A stretch of 64,000 bases of DNA, taken from the IMG/VR virus record IMGVR_UViG_2617270980_000003. One strand, given 5' to 3'. A model generated the notes under the pieces. That model was not told where the DNA came from. It was given only the letters and a program-made list of their open reading frames with translations, and did not search any database. Shown here in pieces: positions 58,770 to 64,000 of this stretch. Numbering within the stretch: position 1 is the first letter of the stretch; each line of letters opens with the position of its first letter. The stretch comes from a virus (taxonomy: Duplodnaviria; Heunggongvirae; Uroviricota; Caudoviricetes). The translations under genes and the position numbers were made by a program.

Positions 58770-59492
58770 CTAAGAAAATCTTGATAAATATTGGTGCGGA
58801 GGCACACCAAAATATCCTCTAAAAACACTTACAAAATATGATGCATTGTCATACCCGCATATTCCCGCCACCTTGCCGACAGTATGGTTACTGTAGATCA
58901 ATAATCTTTGCGCCATCATCATTCGTTCTTCAAGAATTAATTTACTAAACGATAATCCTTCGTCTTTTAATTTTCTTTTTAACAAACTCTCGCTCATATA
59001 TAATCTTGAAGATATATCACAAAGTCTCCATGACGCTGAGATATCCGAGTGAATAATAGCCTTAACTTTACAACCTAAGCTATTAAGACTTCCGAACAAA
59101 AAACTTTGCACTATTTTCTCTGAAGATAAGACAGCAAGACATGCAAGTGATATTTGATTTCTAACTACATCCACGGTTTTGCTATCACAATTCAAGCATG
59201 CAACCAAGTTCCTTAACAATGAAAAATCTTCACATTCTACTATCAAGTATGACGGATAAAACCTTCTTACAGAAAAAGGTGAGAGTGTGTAGTTTTTAAA
59301 GAAATCATTAACTGTTTTCTCCTCAATATCTACGATCATTAGATGATCTGTATTTGACGAAAAAAGATCTTTTAAATTGTATTCAATGAGGACAGCATTT
59401 CCTTTTTTAAACAAAATATCTTCTTTACCAATTCGGACACCAAACGAGTTCAACACCAAAATGATAGAACATATGTATGGCATATTATCCAC
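58770..59492 (-). CDS. AraC-family transcriptional regulator (AT-rich cargo)
   Basis: 240 aa; C-terminal AraC-type HTH (GYDNASYFVSVFRGYFGVPP); low-GC codon usage. Confidence 0.75.
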   Translation of the reverse strand: MDNMPYICSIILVLNSFGVRIGKEDILFKKGNAVLIEYNLKDLFSSNTDHLMIVDIEEKTVNDFFKNYTLSPFSVRRFYPSYLIVECEDFSLLRNLVACLNCDSKTVDVVRNQISLACLAVLSSEKIVQSFLFGSLNSLGCKVKAIIHSDISASWRLCDISSRLYMSESLLKRKLKDEGLSFSKLILEERMMMAQRLLIYSNHTVGKVAGICGYDNASYFVSVFRGYFGVPPHQYLSRFS

Positions 59493-59889
59493 CTGATATC
59501 ATTGGGGTTACACCAGGTAAGTATAGGTGGAAAATCAATATTCGCCAGTTCAACAATAAGGAAAATCTCATTGCATCACAACTATAAAACCATGTGTTTA
59601 ACTCACAAAAAACAAATCATTAAACTAATCTGTTATATTATAATAGCTGCGTGCAATAATAATATTATATGCTCTTTATATTCACTTGAAATATCTTCAT
59701 ATAAAAACAGATTGAATAAAATCTTTTGGGGCTGGTATGTTTACCAACATTAAATTGCATCTCAATGTTTTCTTTAGCGTGAACAGGATTTTTATAAAAA
59801 CTGACACTATGAGCATCATAGCGTAGTTTTTACGATTGTAAATATCCTGCATACAGGAACTCATCACTTTCAGATGATATCGCATACAG

Positions 59890-60849
59890 TTAATTCACCA
59901 TCAGTCTTAGAGCCAGTTCTTCCGGATAGGGATCGAAGTAATTCTGTGTAAGCAAGTAATCATTAGGATACTCACCCAGATAATGCTTCAGCAGAGTCAA
60001 CGGCGCAAGAAGAGGCAATGTGCCAAAGCGATAGTTAAGTATAACCTCGCTCAACTCTTTACGCTGGCGTGTACTTAAGTAATTACTAAAATACCCCTGT
60101 ATATGCATCAGCACATTCGTGTGATTTTTACGTGATGCTGGTTTTCTGAGAATCGCCATCAGATTATCACGATACACCTCAAAGTATGATTCAAGGTCCG
60201 CCCACTCGTGTATTGCAGCCACAAATGGTCCCATATCTTTATAGCCTGCCTGGCTATGCGCCAACAACTGAAGCTTATAACGACTATGAAAAGCTAATAA
60301 CTCTCTTCTTGATAATTTCTCCTTGTAAAGGTGATTGAGCTCATGCAAAGCAAAAACTCTTTCAATAAAATTCTCACGAAGCACTGGATCATGTAATCGC
60401 CCATCCTCTTCAACCGGTAGCCAGGAAAACTTTTCCATCAAAGTGCTCGTAAATAGTCCCACTCCATCTTTACGACCTCGATTACCATTTTCATCATAGA
60501 CACGCACGCGCTCCATGCCACAGCTGGGAGATTTAGCACAAACCACAAACCCCGATACATCCTTTAATTTGTCCATATAAGAACGACTAAACTCTGTCAT
60601 TCTCTCTGTCACATCCTCATTCTGGTCGTGGCTGAAACACATCCGTATATTTCCTTGCTTCGAGCGCACAAGTCGTAGAGCAGGACGCGGAACTGGCAGC
60701 CCTATAGCCATTTCCGGACATACTGGTCTGAATGTTACCCATTCCACTAATTTGTCCATTAAAAAGTCATCTCTTTTGTGACCACCATCAAAACGAACAG
60801 CAGAACCGCCCAAACAACCGCTGATCCCAATCACAGGTTTTTTTATCAT
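59890..60849 (-). CDS. DUF523 (TudS-like) / DUF1722 fusion protein, YbgA-like
   Basis: N-terminal GISGCLGGSAVRFDGGHK... (DUF523-like Cys motif region) and long C-terminal helical part. Confidence 0.6.
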   Translation of the reverse strand: MIKKPVIGISGCLGGSAVRFDGGHKRDDFLMDKLVEWVTFRPVCPEMAIGLPVPRPALRLVRSKQGNIRMCFSHDQNEDVTERMTEFSRSYMDKLKDVSGFVVCAKSPSCGMERVRVYDENGNRGRKDGVGLFTSTLMEKFSWLPVEEDGRLHDPVLRENFIERVFALHELNHLYKEKLSRRELLAFHSRYKLQLLAHSQAGYKDMGPFVAAIHEWADLESYFEVYRDNLMAILRKPASRKNHTNVLMHIQGYFSNYLSTRQRKELSEVILNYRFGTLPLLAPLTLLKHYLGEYPNDYLLTQNYFDPYPEELALRLMVN

Positions 60850-61041
60850 TTCCTCCCCCTTGACTAATTCATTAACACATAAACTTTGTAGTGCACGGAC
60901 TAAATTGCCTTTCTGGCTTCATCACTGACAATTTTTCTGTTATTGACTATTCCTAATATAGTAGGAAAGTTCTTTAAGTGATCGGTCGTACTCATCTATC
61001 TTTCATACTTACTCTCAACTATCAAAAGTACAGGATTTATT

Positions 61042-61566
61042 ATGAAGTTATGGCCTGTGTTGACTGGCATTGCACTCTCTTTCACTCTTATAGCATGTAA
61101 GGCCCCGACACCACCTAAAGGTGTGCAGCCGATTACAAATTTTGACGCCAACCGCTACCTCGGAAAATGGTATGAAATAGCTCGCCTCGAGAACTGGTTC
61201 GAACGTGGTCTGGAACAGGTCAGCGCTACTTATGAAAAACGGAACGACGGAGGGATTCGCGTACTTAACCGTGGATACGATCCAACGAAAAACAAATGGA
61301 GCGAGAGCGAAGGTAAAGCATACTTTACTGGAGATACTAAAACTGCAGCGTTGAAAGTTTCGTTTTTTGGCCCCTTCTATGGTGGCTATAATGTAATCAA
61401 ACTGGATGATGAGTATAAGTATGCTCTTGTCAGTGGTCCGAACAGAGAATACCTATGGATTCTGGCAAGGACCCAAACTATTCCAGATAATGTAAAAGCA
61501 GACTATGTGCGTACCGCTCAAAAGTTGGGATTCAATGTCAATGAACTATTATGGGTTAAACAATAA
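61042..61566 (+). CDS. outer-membrane lipocalin (Blc-like lipoprotein)
   Basis: Lipoprotein signal (LIAC), NFDANRYLGKWYEIARLENWFERGLE, KVSFFGPFYGGYNVI matches E. coli Blc as recalled. Confidence 0.85.
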   Translation: MKLWPVLTGIALSFTLIACKAPTPPKGVQPITNFDANRYLGKWYEIARLENWFERGLEQVSATYEKRNDGGIRVLNRGYDPTKNKWSESEGKAYFTGDTKTAALKVSFFGPFYGGYNVIKLDDEYKYALVSGPNREYLWILARTQTIPDNVKADYVRTAQKLGFNVNELLWVKQ

Positions 61567-61593
61567 AATCCCCACCCGAAATGATACTTATTA

Positions 61594-61621
61594 GAAAAAA
61601 ACCAGCCTTTGGGGAGGCTGG
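61594..61621 (-). terminator. intrinsic terminator downstream of Q (candidate tR' of late promoter pR')
   Basis: Hairpin CCAGCCT-TTGGGG-AGGCTGG followed on the minus strand by T7; about 100 bp downstream of Q stop. Confidence 0.5.
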
Positions 61622-61721
61622 CTAAATCAGGAAACAAGCTGTTATATGATAATAACTACGTTGCGATTCCAACATTTAAAATGTTAGACTAATGAAAATC
61701 AGACAGCAACTTTTCCTTTAA

Positions 61722-62114
61722 TTATTTCGAACAATCAGCATCCATCTCCAATCGGAGATCCAACACCATCAGCATGCCCTCCACTACGCCCTCAGCTTTC
61801 TGGAGCATCCTGCCAACCCAACAATCAGATCGCCCATGCTTACGTGCAAGCGCCATAAAAGTCATGCCGCCGACATAATAGTCCACCAATAAATCATGTA
61901 AATCGCTGTTGTTTTTTTTCAGGCGAGCCATACATTCACAAATGATCATCGCGTCATCGTCACAGCATTGCGGACGAGATCTTACTTTTGAAGGAATTAA
62001 TCCCTTAAAACCGGCGGCAATGGACGACCAGGTCACATCTTCATGATTATTAGCCGCCCATGCCCCCCAACGCTCAAGAACCATCTGAATATCACGCATC
62101 AACTTACTCCACAA
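61722..62114 (-). CDS. late antiterminator Q (QuuQ/QuuD-like)
   Basis: [34 protein letters not shown]... matches E. coli prophage Quu proteins as recalled. Confidence 0.85.
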   Translation of the reverse strand: MWSKLMRDIQMVLERWGAWAANNHEDVTWSSIAAGFKGLIPSKVRSRPQCCDDDAMIICECMARLKKNNSDLHDLLVDYYVGGMTFMALARKHGRSDCWVGRMLQKAEGVVEGMLMVLDLRLEMDADCSK

Positions 62115-62116
62115 AA

Positions 62117-63166
62117 TTAGGCCAGCACACCAATTGCCAGCGCGCGATCGATAAATCGAAAAATCAGCTCCAGTTGGGAGCCATACTTCTCTTCAAATGC
62201 CACGGTATCCGTATGCAACTCGTCGTGATGCTTTCTGCACAAAGGCAACACAAAGAGATCATGTGCTTTGGTTCCCATTCCGCCCTGCCCGTGACCAATC
62301 AGATGATGCGGATCGTCGGCTGGCATACCGCAGCAAGCACACGGCTGTGTCTTAACCCAGCGTGTGTATTTCTCCTTAACCCAACGGTGACGTTTAGGCA
62401 GCTTCATGAAAGATTCCGGAGACTCTGGATCAACGGTGATGCTTACCACCGTCTTTTCCTGTGATGGGTTTTGTTGCTGGTGGGCGTGAGGCAACGGTGC
62501 AAGATTTTTTGTGCGCTGTTTCAATATGCTGGTGGCGGTCTGCTCTCCCGGTACGATGTCGCTTTCGCGGTACACCGAGCAGTTTTTTTCCGCTGGTAAT
62601 CCCAGCGAGCGACGTAATACCACTTCCGGTAGCGCGTCCGCCACCTGATTGCGGACCGCCCACCAGGATAATTCAGCCAGAGATAATTCACGCTCCTGCG
62701 TACCGCTTATTGCGTGACCGATGACGTCAATCATCCATGCTGACAGGTTTTGATGAGCAAGTTGCTCGAGTGATTCGGATGTCTGGTCACGCAGCTGGTT
62801 GTCGCAGTGCCAGCACAACACCATTGCGCCGGTACCATAACGGTGAATAACGGTTTCGCTGTGATGATAATCGCCGTGTGGCCACTGGCAGGATTTAATA
62901 TGGCGCAACAGCCAGTCAGACAATGCACCAGCACCACCAGCAGCACGAATTACCCGTGCGTTACTGAAAAACGGCAGCAATGTTTTGTCTTCCACCAGCG
63001 GCTGGCGAACGGCAGGAACGACCCCGGACGGCAGATTACGCATGCTTTTCGGTTCCGGCTCCACCAGTACCCGGGTATTGTGGAATACCGGCATGGATTC
63101 ACGGCCCGGCTTAACGACCACCAGCCCGAGTTCCGGTACCAGAACAGGTCGAAGTAATACCCGCAC
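62117..63166 (-). CDS. DUF968-family protein (YdfU-like)
   Basis: 349 aa directly upstream of Q; Cys/His cluster ([43 protein letters not shown]). Confidence 0.7.
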   Translation of the reverse strand: MRVLLRPVLVPELGLVVVKPGRESMPVFHNTRVLVEPEPKSMRNLPSGVVPAVRQPLVEDKTLLPFFSNARVIRAAGGAGALSDWLLRHIKSCQWPHGDYHHSETVIHRYGTGAMVLCWHCDNQLRDQTSESLEQLAHQNLSAWMIDVIGHAISGTQERELSLAELSWWAVRNQVADALPEVVLRRSLGLPAEKNCSVYRESDIVPGEQTATSILKQRTKNLAPLPHAHQQQNPSQEKTVVSITVDPESPESFMKLPKRHRWVKEKYTRWVKTQPCACCGMPADDPHHLIGHGQGGMGTKAHDLFVLPLCRKHHDELHTDTVAFEEKYGSQLELIFRFIDRALAIGVLA

Positions 63167-63167
63167 G

Positions 63168-63446
63168 TTACCTCCAGATGCGTTGCTGGAATGTACGGGA
63201 CGGACGCGGTGGGCGTTCGGAGTAAGGCAATCTGACTGAGATTATCCAGTGACGGTAGTCGAGACTAAGAGCTTTCTTAACCTCGTATCCGCGCCTGCGG
63301 TAACACTGAATTATCCATTCAGCCTGCTCTTCAGTGCATGGAGGGTGCTGGAACCATTCAGACTTGAATGCGTGAGAATACCGCTCGTGCGTGCAGGCAA
63401 GAACGGGCGAATTATCAGAATTGTAATATTTTACGTTGCGTGCCAT
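63168..63446 (-). CDS. small hypothetical protein (Rem-like position)
   Basis: 92-aa ORF upstream of the DUF968 gene. Confidence 0.45.
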   Translation of the reverse strand: MARNVKYYNSDNSPVLACTHERYSHAFKSEWFQHPPCTEEQAEWIIQCYRRRGYEVKKALSLDYRHWIISVRLPYSERPPRPSRTFQQRIWR

Positions 63447-63512
63447 CGGTTTTCTCCGGTGGCACGGTGTTACTCAGCGGGAGTTCAGCCCCGCGCAAGA
63501 TTGTAGATGAGT

Positions 63513-63710
63513 TTATTCTTCTGCAAAAGCTGAAAAGCCTGCTTTTATTCCGATCTCTTTCAGTGCCTGTAATGAAGTGACAAACTCACCTTCGCGCAAG
63601 ATAAATCCGTCTGTCACTCGACCATCCACAAAATTAATTAACGCAGCCCCATTCTTTCGCAAACACATAATGCGGTAATGACTAACAAGATTTCCATTTT
63701 CAACGCACAC
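63513..63710 (-). CDS. hypothetical ORF abutting the IS end (possible 5'-truncated gene)
   Basis: 65-aa ORF whose start lies 8 bp from the IS terminus. Confidence 0.25.
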   Translation of the reverse strand: MCVENGNLVSHYRIMCLRKNGAALINFVDGRVTDGFILREGEFVTSLQALKEIGIKAGFSAFAEE

Positions 63711-63717
63711 AGCATAG

Positions 63718-64000
63718 TGAACCGCCCCGGAAATCCTGGAGACTAAACTCCCTGAGAAAGAGGTAAACAGGATGACTAAAAATACTCGTTTTTCCCCCGA
63801 AGTCCGTCAGCGGGCGATTCGTATGGTTCTGGAAAGTCAGGATGAATATGACTCACAGTGGGCGGCAATTTGTTCCATTGCCCCAAAGATTGGCTGTACG
63901 CCGGAGACTCTGCGTGTCTGGGTTCGCCAGCATGAGCGGGATACCGGGGGCGGTGATGGTGGGCTCACCAGCGCTGAACGTCAGCGTCTGAAAGAGCTGG
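63718..64000 (+). mobile_element. IS3-family insertion sequence (IS629/IS3411-like), left end; continues beyond window
   Basis: Terminal TGAACCGCCCCGG... and OrfA N-terminus [57 protein letters not shown]. Confidence 0.85.
63772..64000 (+). CDS. IS3-family transposase OrfA (HTH), partial
   Basis: ATG at 63772 with AGAGG upstream; open to window end; matches IS3-group OrfA as recalled. Confidence 0.85.
   Translation, partial: MTKNTRFSPEVRQRAIRMVLESQDEYDSQWAAICSIAPKIGCTPETLRVWVRQHERDTGGGDGGLTSAERQRLKEL

Overview
The window reads as three nested prophages in an enterobacterial (E. coli-like) chromosome, with an IS3-family element at the right edge. All calls rest on reading the six-frame translations against phage protein families from memory; no database search was run. 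(1) A Qin/phage-21-like lambdoid prophage spans most of the window on the minus strand: Q antiterminator, late cargo, pinholin/SAR-endolysin/spanin lysis cassette and csp gene at 55.9-63.5 kb, then gns-like cargo, terminase, portal, ClpP-capsid fusion and a lambda-type tail set (FII Z U V G/T H M L K I J) at 5.2-23.6 kb. (2) The left end of a Mu-like transposable prophage (B, A, ner on minus; repressor on plus) occupies 1-5.25 kb and truncates the lambdoid J gene after about 576 codons. (3) A near-complete P2-like prophage (about 23.7-55.6 kb; ogr to int, with an integrase almost identical to P2 Int as recalled) sits between the lambdoid cargo and lysis modules. Its FI-FII-E-T-U block is inverted relative to canonical P2 order. 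The most promising candidate for an undescribed system is the AT-rich cargo in the P2 old/tin hotspot between Q/cos and gene A: a soluble KAP-family P-loop NTPase (45664-47013) and an unrecognised 383-aa protein (47293-48444). A second hotspot, the Z/fun position, carries an Oac-like membrane acyltransferase. No CRISPR array, rRNA or tRNA was seen. Several start codons are adjusted from the ORF track, which appears to allow TTG/GTG starts.
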